From contig CM052852.1 of NCBI GenBank assembly GCA_028534125.1, forward strand, positions 84,506,001 through 84,570,000: a stretch of 64,000 nt of DNA, written 5' to 3'. This document shows positions 13,471-23,760 of this stretch, one piece after another. Numbering within the stretch: position 1 is the stretch's first letter; every line of letters starts with the position of its first letter. The position numbers were made by a program, and so were the translations under genes. The notes below the pieces were generated by a model that searched no databases, had not been told where the DNA came from, and saw only the letters and a list, made by a program, of their open reading frames with translations. Origin of the DNA: Lama glama (taxonomy: Eukaryota).

Positions 13471-14601
13471 ATTTTTTACTGGCATCGTACTTCAAATGGT
13501 TTGAATCCATGCCTGATTATTAGGAAATACACGTAGAGGGCCGCGGTCATGAAGTGACGTTTCAGAGATTATACATGTCTGTCTCCATGAACACGTAACT
13601 TCCATTTAGGATACAAAGAGAAATACAGGAATTCCCTGTCCAGTTAGTGATTCATGAGAGCCCAGCCAAATCCCCAAGTGCTGTTATACAAACACTCAAC
13701 AAGGGAGAAGTCTCACCTCTGGCCTATTGTCATCCTTCTAGGGATAAAGCCACAGGAAGTTCTCTGGCCTGGCCACCCAAAGTCCATAGCCACTCCTACG
13801 TGCACAGCAACAAAGAGGCAATAGTGTCACTGAGGACAGTGTTTCTGGCTGTGACATCAGCTTTGCCTCCTCTGGTTCCCCTAGCGCACCCACCTTCCTG
13901 ACAGAGCTGTTCCTTTCTGCCTCCCTCCTACTGGGGGAGGAAATGGAGACTCAATAGGGGCTTTCTCAGTCTTTGACAGCCTTAGATAGAGAGGGAAATG
14001 AGACCATGATCTTTCCGGTTCTGGGAAGGTCTGATGCCACCCCGGTCCTCCTCACTTTTTCCTCTACCTTTCAACTCACCTCTCTTTCCTAATCCAACCT
14101 TCTCTTCAGGTACACATCCTGTAATTGCCTGTACCAGGTAGTGGTGTGCAGATGACTTTATCCACACTAAGCTCATGGTACTTCATCTTTCAAACCCTCT
14201 CCCAAAGAGAAAGGCACTGGCCCATGAGTTTCGAAGTCTCAAGTTACCCAAGAGCAAAAATCCTGGTCTTTACAGTTGACTCACCTAGGTTCCTTCCTGA
14301 GTTAGAGCAGCATCTAACCTTGGAACTTCTTAGCAGACACAACTCTCTATAGACAAGTACAGCTATACAGAGCCATATACAGTATGGAATAGTAAACACA
14401 TATTCATACTGGAAACCAACTTACTTCTATTTATTCATCCTGTCAATATTTCATTTACTTATTCATTCATTCAGTCATTCAGCAAACATTTACATGTCAC
14501 GTGGGTCCTTGAAGCCTTCCAAGACCAGCTCAAGGACCTTCCAACCTCCAGGCCATGTCATCACATGATTCTTTTATTTCCCTCTTAGTATTTACCATAA
14601 C

Positions 14602-14716
14602 CAGAAATAGACTCACAGACATAGAAAACAAACTTATGGCCAAAGGGGAAGCAGATGGGGGGATAACCTAGGAGTTTGGAATTAGCAGATACAAGCTACT
14701 ATATACAAAATAGATA
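14602..14716 (+). mobile_element. LINE-1 3' UTR fragment
   Basis: Homologous to 16250-16370 (agacatagaaaacaaactta...ggggataa...actatata.aaaata). Confidence 0.75.
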
Positions 14717-16540
14717 GACTTATACACAGAGAACTACAAAACATTGATTAAGGAATGACTTGATCATTGTTAAAAATGACCTAAAGAAATGGAAAGATAT
14801 CCCATGTTCTTGGATTGGAAGAATTAATTTTGTTAAACTGACCATACTACTCAAAGCAATCTACAGATTTAAAGAGATCCCTATCAAATTACTCAGGGCA
14901 TTTTTCACAGAACTAGAACAAATAATCCTAAAATTTATATGGAATCACAAAAGACCCAGAATTGCCAAAGCAATCCTGAAGAAAAAGAACAAAGCTGGAA
15001 GAATAGCCCTCCAAGACTTCAGACAATACTACAGAGCTACAGTTGTCAAAACAGCATGGTATTGGCATAAAAATAGACATATGGATCAATGGAACAGAAT
15101 AGAGAGCCCAGAAATGAACTCACAGACTTACAGTCAATTAATCTTTGACAAAGGTGGCAAGAATATACAATGGAGAAAAGACAGTCTCTTCAGCAAGTGG
15201 TGTTGGGAAAACTGGACAGCCACATATATAAATCAACGAAGTTAGAACACTCTCTCACACCATACACAAAAATAAACTCAAAATGACTTAAAGACTTAAA
15301 CATAAGACACTATAAACCTCCTAGAAGAAAACACAGGCAAAACATTTTCTGACATAAATCTTAGCAATGTTCTCCTAGGGCAGTGTACCCAGGCAATAGA
15401 AATAAAAGCAAAAATAAACAAATGAGACCTAATTAAACTTATAAGCTTTTGCACAACAAAGGAAACCATAAGCAAAATGAAATGACAACCTATGGAATGG
15501 GAGAAAATATTTGCAAATGATGTGGCTGGCAAAGGTTTAATTTCCAGAATATATAAACAGCTCATACAACTTAATAACAAAAAGTCAAACAACCCAATCC
15601 AAAAATGGGCAGAAGACCTAACANNNNNNNNNNNNNNNNNNNNNNNNNNNNNNNNNNNNNNNNNNNNNNNNNNNNNNNNNNNNNNNNNNNNNNNNNNNNN
15701 NNNNNNNNNNNNNNNNNNNNNNNNNNNNNNNNNNNNNNNNNNNNNNNNNNNNNNNNNNNNNNNNNNNNNNAAGACAAATGCTGTAGAGGCTGTGGAGAAA
15801 GGGAAAGCCTCCTACACTGCTGGTGGGAATGCAGTTTGGTGCAGTCGTTATGGAAAACAGTATGGCGATTCCTCAAAAAACTAAAAGTAGACTTACTGTA
15901 TGTTTCAGCAATCCCACTCCTGGGCATATATCTAGAAAAAACTCTAATTCAAAAAGATACGTGCACCCAATGTTTATAGCAGCACTATATACAATAGCCA
16001 AGACATGAAAACAACCCGAATGTTCATCAACAGATGAGTGGATAAAGTTGTGATATATTTATACAAGAGAATACTATTCAGCCATGAAAAAGAATAAAAT
16101 AATGCCATTTGCAGCAACATGGATGAACCTGGAGATCTTCATTCTAAGTGAAGTAAGCCAAAAAGAGAAAGAAAAATACCATATGATATCATTGATATGT
16201 GGGATCTAAAAAAAAGAAAAAAGAAGACACAAATGAACTTATTTCCAAAACAGAAACAGACTGAGAGACATAGAAAACAAACTTACGGTTACTGGGGGGA
16301 AAGGGGGTGGGAAGGGATAAATTGAGAGTTAGAGACTTGCAAATATTAACTATTATATATAAAATAAGTAAACAAGAAGTTTCTTCTGTATAGCACAGGG
16401 AACTATATTCAATATCTTGTAGTAATCTATAATGAAAAAGAATATGAAAACGAATATATGTATGTATATGTATGACTGAAACATTAAGCTGTACACCAGA
16501 AATTGACACATTGTAAACTGACTATACTTCAGTTTTAAAA
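14717..16540 (+). mobile_element. 5'-truncated LINE-1 (degenerate ORF2 C-terminal part plus artiodactyl-type 3' UTR)
   Basis: ORF fragments [17 protein letters not shown]...[18 protein letters not shown] and EWEKIFAN...HCWWEC are L1 ORF2; stops/frameshifts present. The 3' UTR ends gactatacttcagttttaaaaaa. Confidence 0.93.
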
Positions 16541-17182
16541 AATGGGTAAAATTCTTCAACAGACAAGTCTTTAAAAAAGATGTACAAATGGCCAACATCA
16601 AAAAGACTCTCAAAATCAGTAATCTGTAGAGAAATGCAAATCAAAACCATCATGAAATATCACCTCACACCCGTTAGAATGGCCACTNNNNNNNNNNNNN
16701 NNNNNNNNNNNNNNNNNNNNNNNNNNNNNNNNNNNNNNNNNNNNNNNNNNNNNNNNNNNNNNNNNNNNNNNNNNNNNNNNNNNNNNNNNNNNNNNNNNNN
16801 NNNNNNNNNNNNNNNNNNNNNNNNNNNNNNNNNNNNAATCCCATTTCTGGGTAGATAAACCAAAGAACTCAATGCAGGATCTCAAAGACATAATGGCACA
16901 TCCATGTTCATTGCTTTATTATTCCTAATGGCCAAGAAATGGAAGCAACCCAAATGTCCATTGATGAATGACTGGATAAACAAAATGTACAGCCATATGA
17001 TGGAACATTCTTCAGCTTTGAAAAGGAAGAAAATTCTAACACGNNNNNNNNNNNNNNNNNNNNNNNNNNNNNNNNNNNNNNNNNNNNNNNNNNNNNNNNN
17101 NNNNNNNNNNNNNNNNNNNNNNNNNNNNNNNNNNNNNNNNNNNNNNNNNNNNNNNNNNNNNNNNNNNNNNNNNNNNNNNNNN
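15624..17182. other. Three N-runs inside L1 copies (15624-15770, 16688-16836, 17044-17182)
   Basis: Directly visible; 147, 149 and 139 nt. Confidence 0.99.
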
Positions 17183-17520
17183 GGAGGTGGGGGAAATAGT
17201 GTCTAATGGGCATAGCGTTTCAGTTTTGCAAGAATAAAACATTCTAGAGATCTGTTGTCTAACAATGTAGTTATACCTAACACTGCCGAACTATAAACTT
17301 AAAAATGATTAAGATGGTAAACTTAATGGGAGGGAGGGTGTAGCTCAGTGGTAGAGCGCCATGCTTATGAAGCACAGGGTCCCAGGTGCAATCCTCAGTA
17401 CCTCCTCCAAAAGTAAATAAACCTGATTATCTCCCCCAAACCCCCCCCAAAAAAACAAGAAAAAAAAAAGACAGTAAATTTAATGTCAGGTGCTTGTGAG
17501 CACAATTAAAGAGAAAATTA
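16541..17520 (+). mobile_element. Older LINE-1 (L1MA/L1MB-like) ORF2 end and 3' UTR, interrupted by a SINE
   Basis: REMQIKTIMKYHLTPVRMA and KKWKQPKCP ORF2 motifs; L1M-type 3' end (ttctagagatctgttgt...cttaaaaatgattaagatggtaaa). Confidence 0.85.
17328..17467 (+). mobile_element. Camelid tRNA-derived SINE (Vic-1 type)
   Basis: ggagggtgTAGCTCAGTGGtagagcg...ggtgcaatcc (degenerate B box)...cagtacctcc, C-rich then A tail. TSD aagatggtaaacttaat / aagacagtaaatttaat. Confidence 0.85.
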
Positions 17521-18904
17521 AAATTAAAAACAAAACAAGATTTAGATGTGGAAGGAAGGGGATAGAGAAGGAATGTTTCATCTCTCTCTTTTTTTTTTAA
17601 CAATGAAACTGTTTCGAGGTATTAGTTATATGATTGAAATAGTTGTTAAAAGCTTTAGAAAAAAATTAGAAAGGGCCACTGCCCAGGAGGCATTAAGAGT
17701 CTCTGAAGGAAACAGACATGTACACAAAGCATGGGCAGGGAGGTGGGGCGGGGGCTGTGAGAAAAGTCGCATGGGAGAGGCGGAGGGGGCCCATTCCCCC
17801 CGGGGTAGTCATTGGAGGACTGGCCATTGGCTGACTCCAAAGACAGATTTGTCTGGGGGAAGGCCAGTCTAGACCCAGCAGCCCACACCATTCAGAATCT
17901 TCCATTTTATTTCCAGAGGCTCAGCTGCAATATATTCAAAACACACTTAGTTCAAATAATGCCATGAAATATGAGGTGGGTGGGGGGAGAAGTCTTTTAA
18001 AGATCCCTTTGAAAACAGTTGATAAAACAGCTAAACTAAATGTCAAGGAATGCTAAAGCCCTTACAGCTTACTGTATGCACGCACAAAGGGATCTAAAGC
18101 AGAGGTGGGGTGTGCCGGATCCCATAAGAAGGTTCCAAGATTATTTTCATACAGTCATTAGGTGGAGCTTAACAAAACAATTCCCTGGATCTCCTTGGAG
18201 GATCCACTGAATGAGTAAGAAGGATTTTTAATCAGCATATGGTTTTGTTATGTCAGTGTACATGTCTGCAGGGCTTCGGGGGGTGAGACATTTGTTCTCT
18301 TTAATTCATCCAAGCGTTCGAGTTGACACCATTACTTTGCTCCGCAAACCATTTATTCACAGCCAGAGCAAAAGAAACTTTAACTCAACCCTTGTCTGAA
18401 ATTCAAATGGAAGGGGTTTAAATTAGAGGCTCCAGTGTGCAGTCAAGATACGTATCTAGTCAATTAAAAGTTACCCCCCCACCAACGGGAGACGTGTTCA
18501 CAGAGTGCTCAAAGCACTCAGTCCTTTTCAGAGATACAGTCAGTGAATTTTTCTTTTCACCTCATTTACTTTTTCTATTTGGTCTTCAGTAAGTGAAATA
18601 AGAAAACCGGTCTGCAGTCCCAGCGCTCCCAAAGGGCTAGATAACTCAAGTGGCCAAGTTCCAAGGCCTGGCATTCCCCACGGGCTGCAGTGCGGCTAGA
18701 TCACTCACAGGAACCCTGCAGGTTTATGCTGTCTGACACCTCCAGGGCTGGCCACGGAATGCCAGCTCCCAGGCCACAGTGCAAGGATGTCTTAGAGAAC
18801 AAATTTTCCAGGGACTTTGAAGTCAGGGGCAGCTCTGCTTTGGTCTGGAGAGTTACTTCAGTAATCTCAGCCCTCCGGGAGCCAACCCAAGCGTGGCATC
18901 TTCA

Positions 18905-19290
18905 TTTAGGTAGCAGTATAACATTGTGGTTAAAAGCATGGTCTTTGGGGGGGGGCGATGACACGTAATTAGTTATTTTTTACTTATTTACTTATTTATT
19001 TTGATGGAGGTACTGGGGATTGAACCCAAGACCTCATATATGCTAAGCATGTGCTCTACCACTTGAGCTATCCCCCACCACAAATGCATGGTCTTGGAAG
19101 CCAGTCTGCCTGGATCCCAGCTCTGCCAATTGCCAGTCGTGTGACCTTGGACAAGTCATTAACTTCTCTGCGCCTCGGTTTTCTCATCTGTAACATAGGC
19201 ATAATGCGGTTCACGAGGGTGAAATGAGTTCACATACATAAAGTGCTTAGGTGAGTTGTAAAGGTCTCAACGTATGTTAGCTCTTTATTG
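18905..19290 (+). mobile_element. MIR SINE relic (host of a Vic-1-type insertion)
   Basis: gtggttaaaagcatgg...atcccagctctgcca...gtgaccttggacaagtcattaacttctctgcgcctcggttttctcatctgtaa. Confidence 0.75.
18947..19081 (-). mobile_element. Vic-1-type SINE inserted in a MIR
   Basis: Reverse strand has A box tagctcaagtgg and B box ggttcaatcc; TSD aaa.gcatggtctt on both sides. Confidence 0.85.
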
Positions 19291-19404
19291 GTTCCTCCTT
19301 CCATTGGGTCAGCTTAACATCTCCAGGCCTTCCCAAGGGCTTCAAGGAGGCCTCAGCCTTCTGGAAACTGTGCAGCCACGGAGACACTTGTCATATGACC
19401 TTGC

Positions 19405-19565
19405 ACTGTCAGTCTTTTTGCCTTCCCCACTAGACTGTGAGCATCTTGAGGGCCGGGCCAAGTCTCATTCATCGTTACATCTCTAGCAGCTAACACAGTT
19501 CCTGGCAAAAAAAAAAAAAAAAGAAAGAAAAGAAAAAAAGCAGCTCAGGGAAAGTCTTTGAATTA
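19405..19565 (+). mobile_element. L2 LINE 3'-end relic with an inserted A-rich tract
   Basis: cccactagactgtgagc.tcttgagggc.ggg...taacacagttcctggca. Confidence 0.6.
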
Positions 19566-19839
19566 AGCTGTTTTGAGGTTCCCTTAATTCTTAAATTAAT
19601 GTCATAATTCTGTGCTCATGAGCCCCAAGTGGCTCATTTCTGAGGTCAATGACCATGTCTCATTGTCAGGGTCCTCTGTGAGTGGTACGGGAGAACCACG
19701 GAGTGTACCACTATTGGCCCATATGATGTCTCCACTGACATTTCCTCAAGTACCAGGAAGAAAAGCTAAATAACTACAGTTGGTGGACACCCATTTTTCT
19801 CTCAGGTGCTTGAGAAACAGATGATTTAAAGGAGCCTAG

Positions 19840-20317
19840 GCATGGCAGGGTACATCATGCCCACTCAAAGATGCCCACAGCCTAATCCCCAGAACCTGTT
19901 ATCTGCAAAAGGGACTTTGCAGGTGTGATTAAGTTAAGGATCCTGAGCTGGGGAGATTATCCGAGATTATCCAGGGGGACCCACTGTCCTTACAAGGTCC
20001 TTGTAAGAGAGAGACAGGAGGCTCAGAGTCAGCGAAGGAGGTATGACAATGGAAGCAGGGGTCAGAAAGCAATCTGAAAATGCTGGGTTTCTGGCTTTGA
20101 AGGTGGAGGAAGGGCTCATCCACTAAGACGTGCTTCTAGAAGCTGAAAAAGGGAAGGAGACAGATTTTCTGGTGAAGACTGTAGAAGGAAAGCAGCCTTG
20201 CCGAGCCCTTGATTTCGGGACTTCTGACCTCCAGAACATTAAGATCATAAATCTGTGTCGTTGTGAGTCACTACCTTCATGGTAATTTGTTAACAGCAAA
20301 ATTAGGAAACTAATATA
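19840..20317 (+). mobile_element. MaLR LTR (MLT1D-like)
   Basis: Hallmark segments ctaatccccagaacctg, gggactttgcaggtgtgattaagttaagga, gacttctgacctccagaac and ggtaatttgttaacagca...aggaaactaatata. Confidence 0.85.
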
Positions 20318-21244
20318 AAGTAGCTTTTTCTCACAAGTGTGCTGGAATGTCCTCCAGTAGGTCCTGTTCATTTCTTTCTAAGAAATGAGTTAATAATAAT
20401 AATAATAAATACATAAATTGCCATGATTTTACTCCTCCAAGCTGGACTTGCACAGGTGGTGGATGGAGGTGTATGTTGCAGTTGATAGGAAGTATCTGAT
20501 GGCTCTCAGGCCACTTGGAACTCAGGATCTTCTTTTAGCATTCCAAACGAGATGCTTTCCCCCATCCTCTTCCTTAAAAAGCATAGCACATGGCCTCCTC
20601 TCATTTTCCTCCTCAAAATCTTTCAGTGGTTCCCCATCACCCAAGGGATAAAAGTTCCCACTCCTCAGCATTCCGTTCAAGCATGTGGCCCCTAACTTGC
20701 CCTTCTGGACTCACCTCTCACTGTTTCAAGCCTCCCCACACCCTGTGTTCCAATCCCCTGGTACTTCCTGCTCCCCTCTGGTCTGACTCTCGTCACGTGG
20801 ATCTCTGTCCCCACCTAATTGCTTAGGCTGTTTCCAGGGGGAAACTTATTCCTTCTCTCCCCTTCTGACATTAAGCTGAGGCACAGGGTCCCCCAGCGGA
20901 TTACCAAGAGCTCCCTTTGCATTCCATCTCACTAGATGTTTACATACTTGTCCGCCACCCTGCAGCATAAACACGATGAAGACAGGAACAAGAGAGAAAT
21001 ACATTTATAATAAGAAAGTAAATACATTTCTTGACGATCTCTTCTCTCTCACCTCTCACCACCACCATCTCCTCTACATGCACACACGCAGAACCATATA
21101 TATAGTAGTCACTCAATCTGTTTGGGGGTCAAACGTGACAGAGCTGCCATGGACCAGTAACCATGTTCCTCAAATGCTCTTTCCACTCTGCTAAGGAGAA
21201 AAACTGACAGGAGCCAGGATTAGGGGTAGGAGAGGTTTGGGTTC

Positions 21245-21450
21245 AGATAGGGGCTCTGACACATCCTAGCTGTGTGACTTCAGGAAAAGTACTGAACATC
21301 TCTGTGCAGCTGTTTCCTCATTTATAACATGGGAATAATAATAATACGTACTTTCTTCCATAGGACTATGGTGAGTGTAATGAGAAACTATGTGCAAAAC
21401 CTTTAGAACAGTAACTGGTATGGGGGAAGGGCTAGACGTGTCAACTGTTA
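21245..21450 (+). mobile_element. MIR SINE relic
   Basis: ctagctgtgtgactt...tctctgtgcagctgtttcctcatttataa.atgggaataataata. Confidence 0.7.
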
Positions 21451-22019
21451 TTGGCAGTAGAAGGATGATGATGATGATGGTATTATTAACGTTATTCTTA
21501 CTGTCGAAGCCCCATGGGCTGGTCCCTTCAACTCCTAGTGGCCTCAGTTTCCTCATCTCACCACAATAACAGCCCATATCCCCTTAGGTTATTTCCAGGG
21601 TTAGATTTTATTTAAATACATGAAAAATTACTTTATTTAAAAATGTTTGTCTACTGGAAAGTTTTAGGGAAAGGTTTGGCAGCCCCAGTCTAGTTCTGAT
21701 GTGACTTTATCACATGCCTCTCACCAGCACGCACCCTCCCCCGCCACCAAAATGGAATCCCCTCAAGCTAATGCAACTTAGTCATAAGGATAATTTTTTA
21801 ATTAAAAAAAGTACTTTTCGAAATAATAGAGATTTCTAAAATCTTTTCCTTGCACTGTAGATCACAGGGGTATTATGCTTATAAGAATATTCATTCTGTG
21901 AGCAGCCCAAGGGCTTTTTTTCTTTTCTTTCTTTCCTTTTTTTTTTTTTCTTTTTTTAACGTGCGATTTGACATCAATCTCAAAATCGAGACAGGGTGGG
22001 AACTTTGTCAAGTTCAAGT

Positions 22020-22400
22020 CATCTCGGCAGCACCGCTGCTCTGCTCTGCTTTTAATGAGCTCGCGTCCTCCCTTTGAGACCGACTGAAGTGAACTTGGAT
22101 CAGACCCTTAGTCCTGAAACAATGCGTCTTACCTTTATTGAAGCCCAGAGAGCTTTTCCGCGCAAAGGCCAGCGTGTCTGAACAAATGGCATTCCGCACA
22201 TTTTCGCGGGCCGCGGCTCCAGCCTCAGCGGGACTCCACTGCATTCTTGGCAGTCCGGCTCCTCTCCTCTGGCAGGGGGTCAGCCCGGGGCCACTGAGGT
22301 CAAGGAACCTCCGCGGGCTGCCCCTGCCTGGGAGGAGGCGGACAATGCCAGCCCCGCCGGCGCTTCCTGCCTCGGCCCGCGCCGAGGATGGAGTGGGACA
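22020..22400. promoter_or_regulatory. CpG-rich non-repeat patch (candidate enhancer or small orphan CpG island)
   Basis: Dense CpGs against a CpG-depleted background; TEAD-like GCATTCC and E2F-like TTTTCGCGG motifs. Confidence 0.4.
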
Positions 22401-22660
22401 ACCTCAGTGCAAGTTCATGTCTGTGAGGAGGGGATGGATGCCTGTAGAAAGGGGCTGAGAGGGTTCCCCTTCCTTAGGACGCCCTTGCCAGTATCCCGTG
22501 CTAAGGGACATGCACGGAGAGGACATTTCTGCCACCGTGGCTCCAATCACAGCTGGCCCTCCTTGTAAGGGTCTCAGGCCCATCAAAAAGCCCCGAATAG
22601 GCAGGAAATACTAGGAACAGTGCTTGTGTTTGGAGAGAGGAAGTGTGAGTGAGTTTCCAT

Positions 22661-22709
22661 CCAGGACCTCACGTATGCGCTCTACCACTGAGCTATCCCT
22701 ACCCCTCCC
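22661..22709 (-). mobile_element. Truncated Vic-1-type SINE head
   Basis: Reverse strand tagctcagtggtagagcgcatacgtgaggtcctgg; stops before the B box. Confidence 0.7.
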
Positions 22710-22730
22710 ATATCTTCATTCTTTCTTTCG

Positions 22731-22852
22731 GTGAGACGATTAGGTTTATTTATTTACTTAATTCTATTTTTAAATGGAGGTACTGGGGATTGAACCCAGG
22801 GCCTCATGCATGCTAAGCAGGCGCTCTACCACTGAGCATACCCTCCCCCTCC
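22731..22852 (-). mobile_element. Vic-1-type SINE
   Basis: Reverse strand: gctcagtggtagagcgcctgcttagcatgcatgaggccctgggttcaatccccagtacctcc followed by an (aaat)n-rich segment. Confidence 0.85.
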
Positions 22853-23233
22853 TTTTCTTCCTGAATTTTCACTGAATTTTCTCCTTTATTGTCACAATGA
22901 CTTTGCAGGCTCTGGAATAGTGTTTAACCATCCCACCCTGAAAGGCCGCAGCCCTAATGTGTAAAATTGGTGCTGATTTCCAGAAGGCCTCTTCGAAAAT
23001 GCAGGAGTGCATGTGGAGTGAGCTGAGGTCGAGACGGAGGGGGGTTTCACATGGGAGCCCATTAGCACCCAGGAACTTCTGACCTGGGGTGAGGGTGTCT
23101 GCTTTGTAAGTCTGTAGACTGGACCCCGGGGCAACAGGCCACAGGAGAGAGCATTTTGGGTTGTGTGGGACTAGGAAGGTGATGCTGAAGGGAGTGTGGA
23201 AAGCAAAAAGCAAAGCATATGAGCAAATACTCT

Positions 23234-23273
23234 GTGTGTGTGTGTGTGCGCGCACGCGCGCATGAGCGTGCAC
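23234..23273. repeat. (GT)n(GC)n alternating purine-pyrimidine tract
   Basis: tgtgtgtgtgtgtgcgcgcacgcgcgcatgagcgtgcac. Confidence 0.9.
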
Positions 23274-23438
23274 CAGTGTCTGTCTGTCTCTCTGCCTTTC
23301 TCTCAAAGAGAACAATCACACCATAAAGAAAGAGAAAAGAACCCAAGTTTTGTGGGAAAAGTTTAGAAAGCCAGACCAGAAACTGTAACTTCTGGGCATG
23401 CCTTATTTCCTCGTTTGTGAAATGAACAGGCGAGGACC

Positions 23439-23760
23439 ACACTGTCCAGTATAGTTGCCCCTGGTGACATGTGGCTACTGAGCCCTGGATCTGAGGCTGG
23501 TCTGGATTGAGATGTGTGGTAAGTGTAAAATACACACCAGATTTCTGAGACTTTGGATGAAAAAAGAGAATGTAAACTAGCTCATGACTAATGTTTAAAA
23601 TATTGATTACATGTTGAAATGATAATATTTGGGGTATATCAGGTTCAAGCAAAACTATTACCCAAATCAAGTTCACCAGTTCCTTTTTTCTTTTTAATGT
23701 GGCAACTAGAAATTTGAAATTACCCATGTGGCGCACATTGTATTTCTCTTGGGCAGCAGC
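23439..23760. mobile_element. MER33-like hAT DNA transposon relic
   Basis: cactgtcca...catgtggctactgagc...gtaagtgtaaaatacacaccagattt...aatgtggc.actagaaatttgaaattac.catgtggc.cacatt. Confidence 0.75.

Noticed and set aside
14760-15245. 161-aa ORF as an active retroelement gene
   Set aside because: Fragment of a 5'-truncated, stop/frameshift-disrupted L1 ORF2 with no ORF1, endonuclease or RT core.
17331-17405. tRNA-like sequences (also at 19010-19075 and 22780-22840)
   Set aside because: They continue into a shared SINE body and A-rich tail, two of them with clear TSDs, and lack a clean cloverleaf; these are SINE heads, not tRNA genes.
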